In this document: positions 43,437 to 53,435 of the stretch, in pieces | Layout of the letters: every line of letters begins with the position of its first letter | Numbering within the stretch: position 1 is the stretch's first letter | From: an uncultured Prolixibacteraceae bacterium | Lineage (GTDB): Bacteria > Bacteroidota > Bacteroidia > Bacteroidales > FEN-979 | Assembly (NCBI GenBank): GCA_964605775.1 | Contig: CAZSDU010000011.1 | Span: 1,228-65,227, forward strand | Direction: 5' to 3' | Length of the DNA stretch: 64,000 nt | Made by a program: the position numbers and the translations under genes | The notes under the pieces: generated by a model | The model's input: the letters and a program-made list of their open reading frames with translations, nothing else | The model's database searches: none | Told to the model about the DNA's origin: nothing

Positions 43437-46313
43437 ATGACAAATAACTTTTTTAAGATTCTGACATTCTTTTTCCTCTTCTTTACCGTAAACTTTGTTT
43501 ATGCTCAAACCGGAATCATTAAAGGCCTGGTTAAAGATAAAAAAACCGGTGAAACCCTGGTAGGGGTGAATCTCTGGATTGAATCCATCAGCAAAGGCAA
43601 CTCGACCGACATCAATGGGGAATTCATGATCAGCAATGTTCCGGCAGGTACTTATAAGCTGGCAGTTTCCATCATTTCTTATCGAAAGATGATCCTCGAC
43701 AATGTAAAAGTGAGTAAAGACAAGGTCACCAGTCTGGATATTGATCTCGAAGAAGAGATCACCCAGATGAAAGAGGTTGAAATTGTGGATAAGCGGATGA
43801 CGAATACAGAGATTTCCATTATCTCTTCCATTAAAGCCACGAATCTGGTGGCCAATGGGATTTCAGGGCAACAGATCACCAAATCCCAGGATAGGGATGC
43901 TTCGGAAGTCATACGGAGAGTCCCGGGGATCACGATTTTCAACGGTAAATTTGTCATCGTAAGAGGGTTGAATCAACGATATAATAATGTATTTCTTAAC
44001 AATGCCTCCACTCCTAGCGCTGAGCCCGATACCCGGGCTTTCTCTTTTGATATCATCCCCAGCTCCCTGCTGGACAATATGATGGTGTATAAAACGCCAT
44101 CACCGGAACTCCCTGCAGATTTCTCCGGAGCCTTTATTGATGTGACCACGAAAAATACTCCCTCCAAAAACATGGTGGATGTTTCCTGCAGTTTTTCCGT
44201 TAGAGAAAACACTACGTTCAATGATTTTTATAAATATAAGGGAGGTTCCCTTGATTTTCTGGGTGTTGATAATGGGAGCAGGGCACTTCCTTCAGGATTC
44301 CCTTCCACGGAAAAATTCAACCAATTGGCCAACGGATATACCCCTGGCGATATTCAGGAAATTAACAGATTGGGGCAGGAAATCAACAAAACCTGGACAG
44401 CTTCCGCTCATCAAGCCCTGTGGGACAACCGTTTAAACATCAGTGTGGCTGAAAAGTTTAAACTTGGAAAAATCCTGGCAGGGTGTATCAATGCACTGAA
44501 TTACAGCAATACTTACGTCACTTTACCCATTCACCGGATGGATTACCAGGTTTATAATTTTACGGAAGACAAACCCAGCCCAAATTTTGACTTTCATGAC
44601 CTACAATATACACAAACGGCGAAAACCGGTATCCTGTCAAACTGGTCCTTTGCTTTTTCTTCCAAATTTAAATTAAGTTTCAACAATCTTTTCAATCAGA
44701 TCGGTTTTACCCGAACTACCTTCAGGACAGGAACAGAGTATTACAGCTCACAGGATATCAAGTCCTATGAATATTCATTTATGAGCCGTACTACTTATTC
44801 AGGTCAATTGACGGGTGATCATGATTTTAAAAAACCCGGATCCCGTTTACGATGGACACTTGGTTATTCCTATACCAACAGGAATGAGCCTAACCAAAAA
44901 CGCCTGACGACCATACTGAATACAACATCATCTGATCCATTTTACAATCAATATGGAATCGCATTCAGTAATGCCGCTTCTCCCAAATATGCCGGGATCA
45001 TCTATCAGAAACTCAAAGAACACCTGATCATGCTTAGGGCGGATTATACACAACCCTTGGGGTTTGGCAGTTTTAAGCCTGAACTTCGGCTGGGGGCCTA
45101 TGGGGAATACAAAACCCGTACATTTGATGCCCGGCTTCTGGGATATATCAAGAGCAATGAAGACTTGTTTGACCAGTCTCTCCCCTACCAGCCTTTCGAC
45201 TCGGTTTTCTTGGATAAAAACATCAACAATACCAATGGAATCAAGTTGGCAGAAACGACCAACCCTTCCGACTCCTATGATGCCAACAATCTCCAGATAG
45301 CCGGGTATTTTACTTTAAAAATTCCGATCGGGAACAAGATCAGCATTTATACCGGATTAAGGGTTGAAGAAAACCGCCAGCAATTGAACAGTTTCAGTTC
45401 CGATCTGTCCACTTTACCGGTTCACGTAAACAATAATGCTTTTTCGTTGTTCCCTTCCATTAATTTTACGCTTGACCTCAATGAAAAAAGCCTGATCCGC
45501 CTGGCCTATGGCCGGACCATCAGCCGGCCGGAATTTCGCGAAATTGCTCCTTTCAACTTTTTTGTTTTCCAGGAAAACGCATCTTTCATTGGCAATCCGG
45601 ATTTAAAAAATGCTTTCATACATAATGTTGATGCCCGCTATGAACTCTATCCTACTTTATCCGAGATGTTTACTTTCGGCGTATTTTATAAACAATTCAT
45701 TAACCCGATTGAGATCACTTATATCAATTCAGGTTCCGGGCTGGCTTACGGCCCGATCAATGCTGCTGGCGCTTATAGCTATGGCGCCGAAGTCGAACTC
45801 AGGCAATCCCTGTCTTTCATCGATAGAAAAGGGGGGTTTTTCAGTTTTCTTCAGGGATTTTCGCTGGTGCTGAATGCCTCCCTGATTAAAAGCCAGATCC
45901 GATTCCCCGAAGGGGCACTGGAACGCAACCGCTATATGCAGGGGCAATCACCTTATATTATCAATGCCGGTTTGTATTATCAGTCAAAGGATAACTTATG
46001 GAGTTCAAGTCTTTTATATAACATCATGGGAAAACGGATTATTGTAGTCGGGCAGGTGAACCAGAATCCACAGGAAGACATTCCGGATGTTTATGAGATG
46101 CCTTTCAATTCACTGGATTTTACGATTTCAAAGAAATTTGGGAAGAGATTTCAGATAAAAGGCGGTGTGCAAAATATACTCAATGACAGGGTTCGTTATC
46201 AACAAACGGTCAAATTCAATAAACCCGGGGAAGGAGAAGTAAGCAGGATACAGCCCACCCTTGATTTCAAAGCCGGGCGTTATTATACATTGGGCGTCAG
46301 TGTCAGCCTTTGA
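43437..46313 (+). CDS. TonB-dependent receptor (CarboxypepD_reg + plug + 22-strand barrel type)
   Basis: GIIKGLVKDKKTGETLVGVNLWIE...GNSTDINGEF.ISNVPAGTYKL, then plug VPGITIFNGKFVIVRGLNQRYNNVFLNNASTPSAEPD, and a long barrel ending YYTLGVSVSL. Lies 81 nt downstream of the BACON lipoprotein gene. Confidence 0.9.
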   Translation: MTNNFFKILTFFFLFFTVNFVYAQTGIIKGLVKDKKTGETLVGVNLWIESISKGNSTDINGEFMISNVPAGTYKLAVSIISYRKMILDNVKVSKDKVTSLDIDLEEEITQMKEVEIVDKRMTNTEISIISSIKATNLVANGISGQQITKSQDRDASEVIRRVPGITIFNGKFVIVRGLNQRYNNVFLNNASTPSAEPDTRAFSFDIIPSSLLDNMMVYKTPSPELPADFSGAFIDVTTKNTPSKNMVDVSCSFSVRENTTFNDFYKYKGGSLDFLGVDNGSRALPSGFPSTEKFNQLANGYTPGDIQEINRLGQEINKTWTASAHQALWDNRLNISVAEKFKLGKILAGCINALNYSNTYVTLPIHRMDYQVYNFTEDKPSPNFDFHDLQYTQTAKTGILSNWSFAFSSKFKLSFNNLFNQIGFTRTTFRTGTEYYSSQDIKSYEYSFMSRTTYSGQLTGDHDFKKPGSRLRWTLGYSYTNRNEPNQKRLTTILNTTSSDPFYNQYGIAFSNAASPKYAGIIYQKLKEHLIMLRADYTQPLGFGSFKPELRLGAYGEYKTRTFDARLLGYIKSNEDLFDQSLPYQPFDSVFLDKNINNTNGIKLAETTNPSDSYDANNLQIAGYFTLKIPIGNKISIYTGLRVEENRQQLNSFSSDLSTLPVHVNNNAFSLFPSINFTLDLNEKSLIRLAYGRTISRPEFREIAPFNFFVFQENASFIGNPDLKNAFIHNVDARYELYPTLSEMFTFGVFYKQFINPIEITYINSGSGLAYGPINAAGAYSYGAEVELRQSLSFIDRKGGFFSFLQGFSLVLNASLIKSQIRFPEGALERNRYMQGQSPYIINAGLYYQSKDNLWSSSLLYNIMGKRIIVVGQVNQNPQEDIPDVYEMPFNSLDFTISKKFGKRFQIKGGVQNILNDRVRYQQTVKFNKPGEGEVSRIQPTLDFKAGRYYTLGVSVSL

Positions 46314-46322
46314 TCAACTTCG

Positions 46323-46784
46323 TTAATCATACTTCTGTTCTGTCAGCAATATGCCGTTTTCATCCCATATGAACCAGTTGCCCTTTTTTTCACCCATCAC
46401 ATAAAACATTTCATAACGTTTTACGCCCTTCTCATCCCAGATATACCAAAAGCCATCCTTTTTACCATCAGTAAACCTGGCTTCAGCGGTCTTCAGACCA
46501 TTTTCTGCCCAATTGATCCACAAGCCATCTTTTTTCCCTTCTTTGTAAGACCGCTGTTCCTTTTTCACGCCGTTGGCATAATAAAAAAGTGAAATTCCGT
46601 CGGGGAAACCATTTTGAATGTTGTTTTCAGCAATCAGGTTATGCTTGGCATCATATTCCCGATAGATTCCGGTATAACGTTCACCTTTGGCATCATAAAA
46701 AACACCATCTTTCAGCAACACCTCCTGGGCGAAGACATGGTCAAAAACGAAGAGGGATAAAATAATTAACAAGAATTGTTTCAC
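46323..46784 (-). CDS. MORN-variant repeat protein (YwqK-family-like)
   Basis: Signal peptide, then repeats of the type GKKDGLWINWAENG, GKKDGFWYIWDEKG and GEKKGNWFIWDENG. Confidence 0.8.
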   Translation of the reverse strand: MKQFLLIILSLFVFDHVFAQEVLLKDGVFYDAKGERYTGIYREYDAKHNLIAENNIQNGFPDGISLFYYANGVKKEQRSYKEGKKDGLWINWAENGLKTAEARFTDGKKDGFWYIWDEKGVKRYEMFYVMGEKKGNWFIWDENGILLTEQKYD

Positions 46785-46822
46785 GGCTTGAATGTTAAAT
46801 GTAAATCTTCAAAATTAATAAA

Positions 46823-46860
46823 AAACCTTCCTATAAGCAGATAAACATACAGGAAGGTTT
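46823..46860 (-). terminator. Rho-independent terminator after the 46888-47241 gene
   Basis: 10-bp stem AAACCTTCCT (46823-46832) / AGGAAGGTTT (46851-46860). On the minus strand it is followed by TTTTTATTAATTTT. Confidence 0.55.
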
Positions 46861-46887
46861 GGAAAAATGATTCGGTTAGCAAGACGC

Positions 46888-47241
46888 TTATGGCAGGACG
46901 GGTTCAAGAAGAATAGTCCGGTAGGTTTTCCCGGATTTTTTTACTTTCACCAAAAGTTGTTTTTCATGATAAGAAATATACTTCAGGGTCACTTTGTAAG
47001 TTCCGGGTTTGACTCCTTCCAGATTAAAGCTGCCGTCAGGCTCTGAATAAATTCCTTTCTGTAATTCTTCAAAATACAGATAAACCCCTCCTAATTGTTC
47101 CTGGGTTAGTTTATCCATCACAAGTCCGGAAAAATTAATTGTCGATACTGAAGGTGAAGATGGTTTTTTTGCTGAGAGCATAACCGGTAAAAACAGGGCA
47201 ATGATGACAAGTATTTTCCAGATTAAAATGAATTTTTTCAT
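46888..47241 (-). CDS. Small CarboxypepD_reg-like domain protein
   Basis: Signal peptide, then FSGLVMDKLTQEQLGGVYLYFEELQKGIYSEPDGSFNLEGVKPGTYKVTLKYISY. Confidence 0.65.
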   Translation of the reverse strand: MKKFILIWKILVIIALFLPVMLSAKKPSSPSVSTINFSGLVMDKLTQEQLGGVYLYFEELQKGIYSEPDGSFNLEGVKPGTYKVTLKYISYHEKQLLVKVKKSGKTYRTILLEPVLP

Positions 47242-47422
47242 GGGTTCTATAATTTTGATGTAAAATTATATCAACTCCACCAACCCAATGTTAATAAATC
47301 ATTAAGGGAATGTTAATTCATTGTTGCTTAAGCATAGTCACGCCCAGGCTAAGGCCGCTTGCGCGGTGACTTTTCTTTGTTCCTTTCTTTTGGTGGTAGT
47401 AAATGAAAGGAGATATATTAAA

Positions 47423-47454
47423 AGAGGGTGCCTCGAACTTTTGAGACACCCTCT
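47423..47454 (-). terminator. Terminator hairpin after tonB
   Basis: AGAGGGTGCCTC (47423-47434) / GAGACACCCTCT (47443-47454), with one mismatch. On the minus strand it is followed by TTTTAATAT. Confidence 0.55.
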
Positions 47455-47496
47455 TTTCTCAATCATTTATACTATTTCTGTTTTTCAGAATCCAGG

Positions 47497-48279
47497 TTAC
47501 TGCAAGGTAAATTTGATTGGCAGGTTAAACTGAACGCGGACGGGAACGCCTCTTTGTTTGCCGGGTACCCATTTGGGCATAGACCGAACCACCCTGATGG
47601 CTTCTTCGTCACATCCTCCACCGATACCACGCAGAACGCGGACATCGGAAATAGAGCCATCCATTTCAACGACAAAAGTTACGAATACTTTCCCCTGTAT
47701 ACCAAGCTCCTTGGCTTCTTCAGGATATTTGATGCTTTCCTGAAGAAAACGGATACGGGCTTCTTCTCCACCGGGGTAATTGGGTTGTTCTTCTACAACG
47801 GTAAATATCTCAGCCTGAACCGGAGTTTCAATCACCTTGGGCCCCTCGTCTTTGATTTCAACTTCAACCTCTTCGCTTGGAACTTCGTTGGTGGTGGTTT
47901 TATTCAGGTCATCCATAGAGGTCAGACCGGTTTCTATCGTTGTGTCTTCAACAACAACAGGAGCTGTAAATTTAACCTTTTCCACAAGTGCTTCGGGTGG
48001 CGGGGGTGGCGGAGGAGGGGGAGGAGCTTCGTGCTCACGCATTTCCTTCATTTCAATCCCGACCTCTTTTTCCTTTTCCTTAATCAGCCTGCTTTTATTT
48101 ACATACGCGCTGATCAATGGATAAGCCACGGCAACAGCTAATACGAACAGGCCTATCATAAGGGATATGGTAACATATTTTCTGTACTTTTTGCGCAGCA
48201 AATATGACCCATATTCCTTGTTCCTGTGGCTGAAAACAATTTCGTCCAGCGATTCAACATGCTGTCTTTCAATTGCCAT
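47497..48279 (-). CDS. tonB: Energy transducer TonB
   Basis: N-terminal TM anchor, an 11-residue poly-Pro tract (EAPPPPPPPPPPPEA), and a C-terminal TonB_C domain (EEQPNYPGGEEA...YPEEAKELGIQGKVFVTFVVEMDGSISDVRVLRGIGGGCDEEAIRVVRSMPKW.PGKQRG.PV). Confidence 0.9.
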   Translation of the reverse strand: MAIERQHVESLDEIVFSHRNKEYGSYLLRKKYRKYVTISLMIGLFVLAVAVAYPLISAYVNKSRLIKEKEKEVGIEMKEMREHEAPPPPPPPPPPEALVEKVKFTAPVVVEDTTIETGLTSMDDLNKTTTNEVPSEEVEVEIKDEGPKVIETPVQAEIFTVVEEQPNYPGGEEARIRFLQESIKYPEEAKELGIQGKVFVTFVVEMDGSISDVRVLRGIGGGCDEEAIRVVRSMPKWVPGKQRGVPVRVQFNLPIKFTLQ

Positions 48280-48313
48280 ATGCTATTTTTTATAAGTGTT
48301 AAACACTAATTGC

Positions 48314-48955
48314 TTACTTTTTCGGGGCATTTTTTAACATTTCGATTTCAACCGGTGACATGTCGACAATGGCATAACTGGCAATGTTACAAATCGCCAT
48401 TTCATCGATGATATTAACAATGTCCTTATATTTTGCTTTATCATCCGCCTTGATCAGGATAATGGGACCTTTTCTATCATCCTTTTTGAATTTTTTAATC
48501 TCATTATCGGCGGTTGTATCAGCCACCACAATCTTACCGGTGACCCTTTTTTCGCGGTATTCTGCAATTTTGGTAAAAAGGTCTCTGTTGCGGAGGAGGA
48601 GGACTTTTCTGATACCATCCTTGCTAAAATCTGTTTTTACGAGTTCCGGCAGGGGTGGTTTTTTCGGATCGGCTATTCCTTGATAATAGTAAAGTTTATC
48701 ATCCGCTGAAAGCAGAATATTCAAGGTACGTTCGGCGGAAATTTTGGGGGCATCCTTGGGGTCTTCTTTTTTATCTTTTTCAGGCATGGTAATCACCATC
48801 ACCTTGGGTTTACTGAAAGCGGTTGTAAGCATAAAGAAGGTGATCAGCAGACACATCAGGTCAACCATGGGGGTCATATCAATGTGGGTGCCATGCTTCT
48901 TTGGTCTTCGTTTTCCGCCTTTTTTCCCTTTTTCCTCAACAATTAATTCAGCCAT
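48314..48955 (-). CDS. exbD: Biopolymer transport protein ExbD/TolR (long form)
   Basis: IDMTPMVDLMCLLITFFMLTT motif and TM helix; 213 aa. Confidence 0.85.
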   Translation of the reverse strand: MAELIVEEKGKKGGKRRPKKHGTHIDMTPMVDLMCLLITFFMLTTAFSKPKVMVITMPEKDKKEDPKDAPKISAERTLNILLSADDKLYYYQGIADPKKPPLPELVKTDFSKDGIRKVLLLRNRDLFTKIAEYREKRVTGKIVVADTTADNEIKKFKKDDRKGPIILIKADDKAKYKDIVNIIDEMAICNIASYAIVDMSPVEIEMLKNAPKK

Positions 48956-48982
48956 GTTGGTTTGATTTAAGCATTAACATTC

Positions 48983-49630
48983 TCATTTCGCCGGGACCTG
49001 GGGTATATCCTTAAGCAGAACCTCCTCTTTCATCAGGTTGGTGACAAGGTTGAATTTGTTCACCTTATTTTCCTGCAACAAGTCCATATATTTTTTCACG
49101 GCTATGTATTGGGTTTCAGCATCTGCCTTGATGGCAACTTCAGCGGAAGGGTTTGTCAGACGGGCCAGACGAACCCACCAGGCAAACTGGTTATCAGTGG
49201 AATCGCTGGGGATTCCAATCTGCAACTTTTCCTGTTCTTTGGAATCCTTTAATGCTAGCCATTGCTGAATGTTTTTCATCGGCATGCCGAAGGACGACAG
49301 TTTTTCAAATCTATCCAGTTCCTGTGGAGTAAAATTGATTTTATACTGTTCACCCATTTTCTCGAGCAGTTTTGCCCGGAAATGGGTGGAAGTATCTTTT
49401 CCATTGTCGATATTAAAGAAGACTTTCCCTTCTTTATTTACGAAAATGGTCATGATATCATTATCCGGGGCCTGCTTTTCCGAAATTGAATTCGGGGTTT
49501 CAATCACCGTGGCTTCCTGAGGGCGAAATGATGTAGTCAGCAGCAGGAAAATCAGCAGGACGGAAAAAAGGTCCACCATAGGCGTCATGTCTATGTGCGG
49601 AGATCTTACCGGTTTTTTTATTTTTGGCAT
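48983..49630 (-). CDS. exbD: Biopolymer transport protein ExbD/TolR (long form)
   Basis: IDMTPMVDLFSVLLIFLLLTT motif and TM helix; 215 aa. Confidence 0.85.
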   Translation of the reverse strand: MPKIKKPVRSPHIDMTPMVDLFSVLLIFLLLTTSFRPQEATVIETPNSISEKQAPDNDIMTIFVNKEGKVFFNIDNGKDTSTHFRAKLLEKMGEQYKINFTPQELDRFEKLSSFGMPMKNIQQWLALKDSKEQEKLQIGIPSDSTDNQFAWWVRLARLTNPSAEVAIKADAETQYIAVKKYMDLLQENKVNKFNLVTNLMKEEVLLKDIPQVPAK

Positions 49631-49698
49631 TAGGGTTCGAATTTAAGTTGATAAATACACATAAAAAATGTACCTAATTTGCTGGAACGCCAAAAACA

Positions 49699-50520
49699 TT
49701 ACTTGGTAGAAGCGGCAAATGATTGTACAAGGCTGAATCCTGCTTCGTCAATTTTATAGGTAAAGCTGTCAATCTGAGTTGAGAATGCATTATAAAGCAC
49801 AATAGCCAGCAATGAACCAAGAATACCGAAAGCAGTGTTTATAAGCGCTTCGGAAATACCGGTGGCAAGGGCAAGGGCATCCGGAGCACCGGCCTGGGCA
49901 AGGGCGCCAAATGCGCGGATCATCCCGAGAACAGTCCCGAGTAGTCCTGTCAACACAGAGATGGAAGCAATGGTTGACAGAATGACAAGATTTTTAGAAA
50001 GCATTGGCAATTCAAGTGCGGTCGCCTCTTCAAACTCTTTCTGTAAAGCCAGGATTTTCTGGTCCTTTTCAAGGGTGGCATCATCCTGAAGTGAACGATA
50101 ACGTACTAAACCGGCTTTCATAACATTGGCAAGTGAACCCCTGTGTTTATCACAGGCAACGATAGCGTCTTCAATTTTATTGTCATTAAGAAGATTCTGC
50201 AGGCTTTTAACAAAAACATTGATTCTGCCTTTTCCTCTGGCGCGGGAAAGGGTGATGGCGCGCTCCACGGCAAAAATGATCAGGATCAGGTTGATGGTGA
50301 TCAGCAAAGGAACAATATATCCACCTTTATAAACCATAGCAAGATAGTTGCCGGGCAGGGGGTGACCATCGGGATTTCCGCCTTCAAAATTGATTGGGTT
50401 ACCCATGATATACTTGTAGATCAGCCATGCAATGATAAAAGCTATAACCATCGCAAACAGCGTGAATGTTGACTTTAAGGCATCACCCAGGGTTCCGCCT
50501 TTGGTATTTTTCTTGCTCAT
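49699..50520 (-). CDS. exbB: MotA/TolQ/ExbB proton-channel protein
   Basis: Three TM helices. LSTIASISVLTGLLGTVLGMIRAFGAL and ISEALINTAFGI. Confidence 0.9.
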   Translation of the reverse strand: MSKKNTKGGTLGDALKSTFTLFAMVIAFIIAWLIYKYIMGNPINFEGGNPDGHPLPGNYLAMVYKGGYIVPLLITINLILIIFAVERAITLSRARGKGRINVFVKSLQNLLNDNKIEDAIVACDKHRGSLANVMKAGLVRYRSLQDDATLEKDQKILALQKEFEEATALELPMLSKNLVILSTIASISVLTGLLGTVLGMIRAFGALAQAGAPDALALATGISEALINTAFGILGSLLAIVLYNAFSTQIDSFTYKIDEAGFSLVQSFAASTK

Positions 50521-50618
50521 CTGGAAATTGTTTTAAATTATAAAATGATTGAATTAAGATATTTTTCAATTATTCAGGACTACAAAAGTATAAAAATTAT
50601 AAATCACATCAAAGTCTA

Positions 50619-52331
50619 TTATTTTATCTTCTGTTTAAGCAAATCGATCACAGGTTTCACCACTGTTGCTTTTTCATCGTTGGGGTTCACCACGGTCATC
50701 CGGATATAATATTCGAGTGCTTTCTGGGCTTCTTCTTTGTTTTTTTGATCGATGGAAAATTGGCTGTAATGATAGAAGGCAAGATAATCAAATGCCTCGA
50801 AACGATCCCTCATATATTTGGCGGTATCGGCCTGGGTAAGTTCAATGATTTTTTCATATACCGGGATGGCATAGCCAGTTGTATTAAATCCTTTATTGTC
50901 CTTGATGTCAAGATTCGATTTGGTACGTGCCAGCCATGAAAATCCCGGGATGTAATCGGGTTGCAGCTGAGTAAAAATGGTCAAGTTGGTATCGGCATTG
51001 GGAAAATCCTGAAGGCTGTAATAAACTTTCCCGAGGTTATAATAATCCATCGCTATGGCTTTGTTCAGCTTAACTTTTTGTTCATAGAGATCCCTGGCTT
51101 TATCGTACTTTTTAACTTTGGTCCAGCATAAGGCAGCCTCGGAAATGATATCCGCCTTGCTGGTATCTAAAGAATAGGCTTTCATAAACTTCTCTGGTGC
51201 CAGGGAATCCATTTTCAGTTTTGCCAGCAAACGGCCATAATAGGCATAGTCAAGGGAACGGATTTTTTCCGGTTTTGCATTGTTGACAAAGCGTTTGATA
51301 TACTCAAGTCCCTGACTATACTGCTGGGTTTCAAAATAAGAATAAGCCAGGGCGCGGTTGACATCATTATCGGAGTCATCAACCTTAAGGATCTCCTTTA
51401 ACTGATTTATGGCTTCATCATAATCTTTCAGTTCGATCAGGGTGTTGACATATTGTTTCCTTGCAGAAGTATTGCGTGACAGCTCTAAAAATCTGGCAAA
51501 ATTCTGTTTGGCTTCTTCCTGTCGACCGGCACGGGAAAGCAAGGTCCCCAATTCGCGATAGGCCGGAGCAAAATTTGAATCCATTTTCACCACATCCTGA
51601 TAAAAATTCAATGCCGTTGTATATTGTCGTGCACGCAGCCATAACTGACCGGTTTTCAATTTGGCTTCCGGTGAATTCGGATCCAGTGACTGTGCCATAT
51701 TATAATTGGAGATCGCCTTTGAGCCATCATTCAGCAGGTAAAAATAAGCATCTCCCCGGACGATATAAAGTTCAGTGCTTTTTTTATCCAACTTTTCAGC
51801 CTGGGAAAGAAAACCAAACACAGAGGCAGTATCGCGAATATTACTGGTCACGAAAGTCTCTGCCATCTGGATGAGGATTTTAGCATGGCGTTCGGGGGGT
51901 GTTTTAATGGTCTTGTTGGATTTGGAGGGTAACAGTGCCAATGCCTTATCAAATTCAGCCCTGGCGCCTGGAATATCTTTTTTGATCAGCTTCAGCCCTG
52001 CCAGTCCCACGAAATTGATCGGATTTGAAGGATCAACCCTGATCCCAAGTTCAAATATTGCCTGAGCCGAATCGGCTTTTTCTTCAAAAGAAATGTTCAG
52101 GGTGTCGGAGAAATATTTCTCCAGACAGTTTCTTCCATAAAAATAATATAAATCCCCGTTGGAAGGATCCAGTGAAATCAGTTTTTTAAACAAGGAGGCG
52201 GCAGGTGAAAATTGTTCACTTTTAGTCAATTTGATGGCTGTGCTCAGATCCTGCGCGATGATGTTGGAAAAAGAAGAACAAAGGAGCAACAATCCCGTAA
52301 TTATTAAAGCCCGTTTAGTCAATTTCGTCAT
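50619..52331 (-). CDS. Tetratricopeptide repeat protein
   Basis: Signal peptide plus TPR-like helical repeats throughout (e.g. GDAYFYLLNDGSKAISNYNMAQSLDPNSPEA, ALNFYQDVVKMDSNFAPAY). Confidence 0.8.
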   Translation of the reverse strand: MTKLTKRALIITGLLLLCSSFSNIIAQDLSTAIKLTKSEQFSPAASLFKKLISLDPSNGDLYYFYGRNCLEKYFSDTLNISFEEKADSAQAIFELGIRVDPSNPINFVGLAGLKLIKKDIPGARAEFDKALALLPSKSNKTIKTPPERHAKILIQMAETFVTSNIRDTASVFGFLSQAEKLDKKSTELYIVRGDAYFYLLNDGSKAISNYNMAQSLDPNSPEAKLKTGQLWLRARQYTTALNFYQDVVKMDSNFAPAYRELGTLLSRAGRQEEAKQNFARFLELSRNTSARKQYVNTLIELKDYDEAINQLKEILKVDDSDNDVNRALAYSYFETQQYSQGLEYIKRFVNNAKPEKIRSLDYAYYGRLLAKLKMDSLAPEKFMKAYSLDTSKADIISEAALCWTKVKKYDKARDLYEQKVKLNKAIAMDYYNLGKVYYSLQDFPNADTNLTIFTQLQPDYIPGFSWLARTKSNLDIKDNKGFNTTGYAIPVYEKIIELTQADTAKYMRDRFEAFDYLAFYHYSQFSIDQKNKEEAQKALEYYIRMTVVNPNDEKATVVKPVIDLLKQKIK

Positions 52332-52352
52332 AAAGATATCTTTCCTGTGTGA

Positions 52353-53309
52353 TTAATGTTTAATTTCAACTATTCGTATCGGCATGGCCGCGGGAACCAT
52401 GCCTGATCTGAGCATGATAAGCTGCCCTTTTTCTCCGGCAAGAAAGGATGAAAAGCCATAAGCCATTCCGGTATAGGTTTGGCGGTTGATACAAAACACA
52501 TCCCGTATGAAAGGATAGGATCCGTCTGCAATATAAGCCGGATAGGGTTTGTAAAACTGTGCCCCGGGATCATTGTCGCCTTCCAGGGCAATACCTGCCA
52601 CTTTAACCCTTTGCAGAAAACGGTTGGAAACGGAATCCGACCGCTCGCTGATCCAGTTGACACCAATCACCCCAATGGCATTATTATGCGTTTCCACGTA
52701 CCGTATTACTTCTTCATTGTTCTTGGCAGCAAAACAAGTTGAAGGCAGGGAATCAAGTCCGAATTTTTCGATAAAATACCTTGGATTTGAAGATTTAAAA
52801 TGATCAAACAACACGGCCACTTTCCCTGCCTTGGACTTAGGATTAATCTGTTTCCAATCAGAAATCTTTCCGGAAAAAATACCCTTCACTGTTTTATAGA
52901 AAAAGTGGTCGTCCGGGTTCTCCTTGTTCACGATCAAAGCAATGCCGTCAATGGCTATTCGAGTGGTCTTAGGGACAAACTGTCGTTCCCGGAGATATTG
53001 TTCCTGTTTGTCAGAAAGTTTTCGGTTGACAACAATCAAGGGAACAGAATCGTTGATAAAATCATTGATCACCTCAGCTTCGGTTTTATACTGAGGTTTA
53101 ACCTTCGCGTATTTATAAATTGTTTCAAAAGCATAAATCTCAGCTTCCATCATAAGGGAATACGCATCATCAATACCAACCTTCACGCTGCCTGAGGTGG
53201 GAGTGTCCGTTGGGCCCCGCTGACCACTGCCACAGGACAATAGAGACAGGATCAAAGACAGCATTGCGACTGCACCAAAAATCTTCAACCAATAAAAGAA
53301 ATTTTTCAT
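52353..53309 (-). CDS. PstS-like periplasmic substrate-binding lipoprotein
   Basis: Lipobox LLSCGSG and a PBP type-2 pattern (GSVKVGIDD........, IGVIGVNW, YPF.R). First gene of the PstS-TPR-ExbB-ExbD-ExbD-TonB string. Confidence 0.8.
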   Translation of the reverse strand: MKNFFYWLKIFGAVAMLSLILSLLSCGSGQRGPTDTPTSGSVKVGIDDAYSLMMEAEIYAFETIYKYAKVKPQYKTEAEVINDFINDSVPLIVVNRKLSDKQEQYLRERQFVPKTTRIAIDGIALIVNKENPDDHFFYKTVKGIFSGKISDWKQINPKSKAGKVAVLFDHFKSSNPRYFIEKFGLDSLPSTCFAAKNNEEVIRYVETHNNAIGVIGVNWISERSDSVSNRFLQRVKVAGIALEGDNDPGAQFYKPYPAYIADGSYPFIRDVFCINRQTYTGMAYGFSSFLAGEKGQLIMLRSGMVPAAMPIRIVEIKH

Positions 53310-53435
53310 TTGTTATTTGCTAACAATCAATTCTTTCGCAATAATAAGAACACAAATTTATAAAAATTATTATAAGACAGGATAAAAAAGGAGGAGAAAA
53401 ATACGAGGAAAGGCCTGAAAAGTCAAGGAAATATC

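Noticed and set aside
47335-47400. Imperfect hairpin AGTCACGCC...GCGCGGTGACT followed by a T-rich run on the plus strand (possible small RNA terminator)
   Set aside because: The stem is irregular and no plus-strand transcription unit lies upstream. The region is more simply the promoter region of the 46888-47241 gene plus the tonB terminator.
47428-48141. 237-aa plus-strand ORF antisense to tonB, and other antisense ORFs such as 47837-48124
   Set aside because: These are mirror images of the tonB coding strand; the poly-Pro codons read as Gly/Arg runs (GGGGGGGGGG, WRGWRRRGRS). TonB on the minus strand has full domain support.
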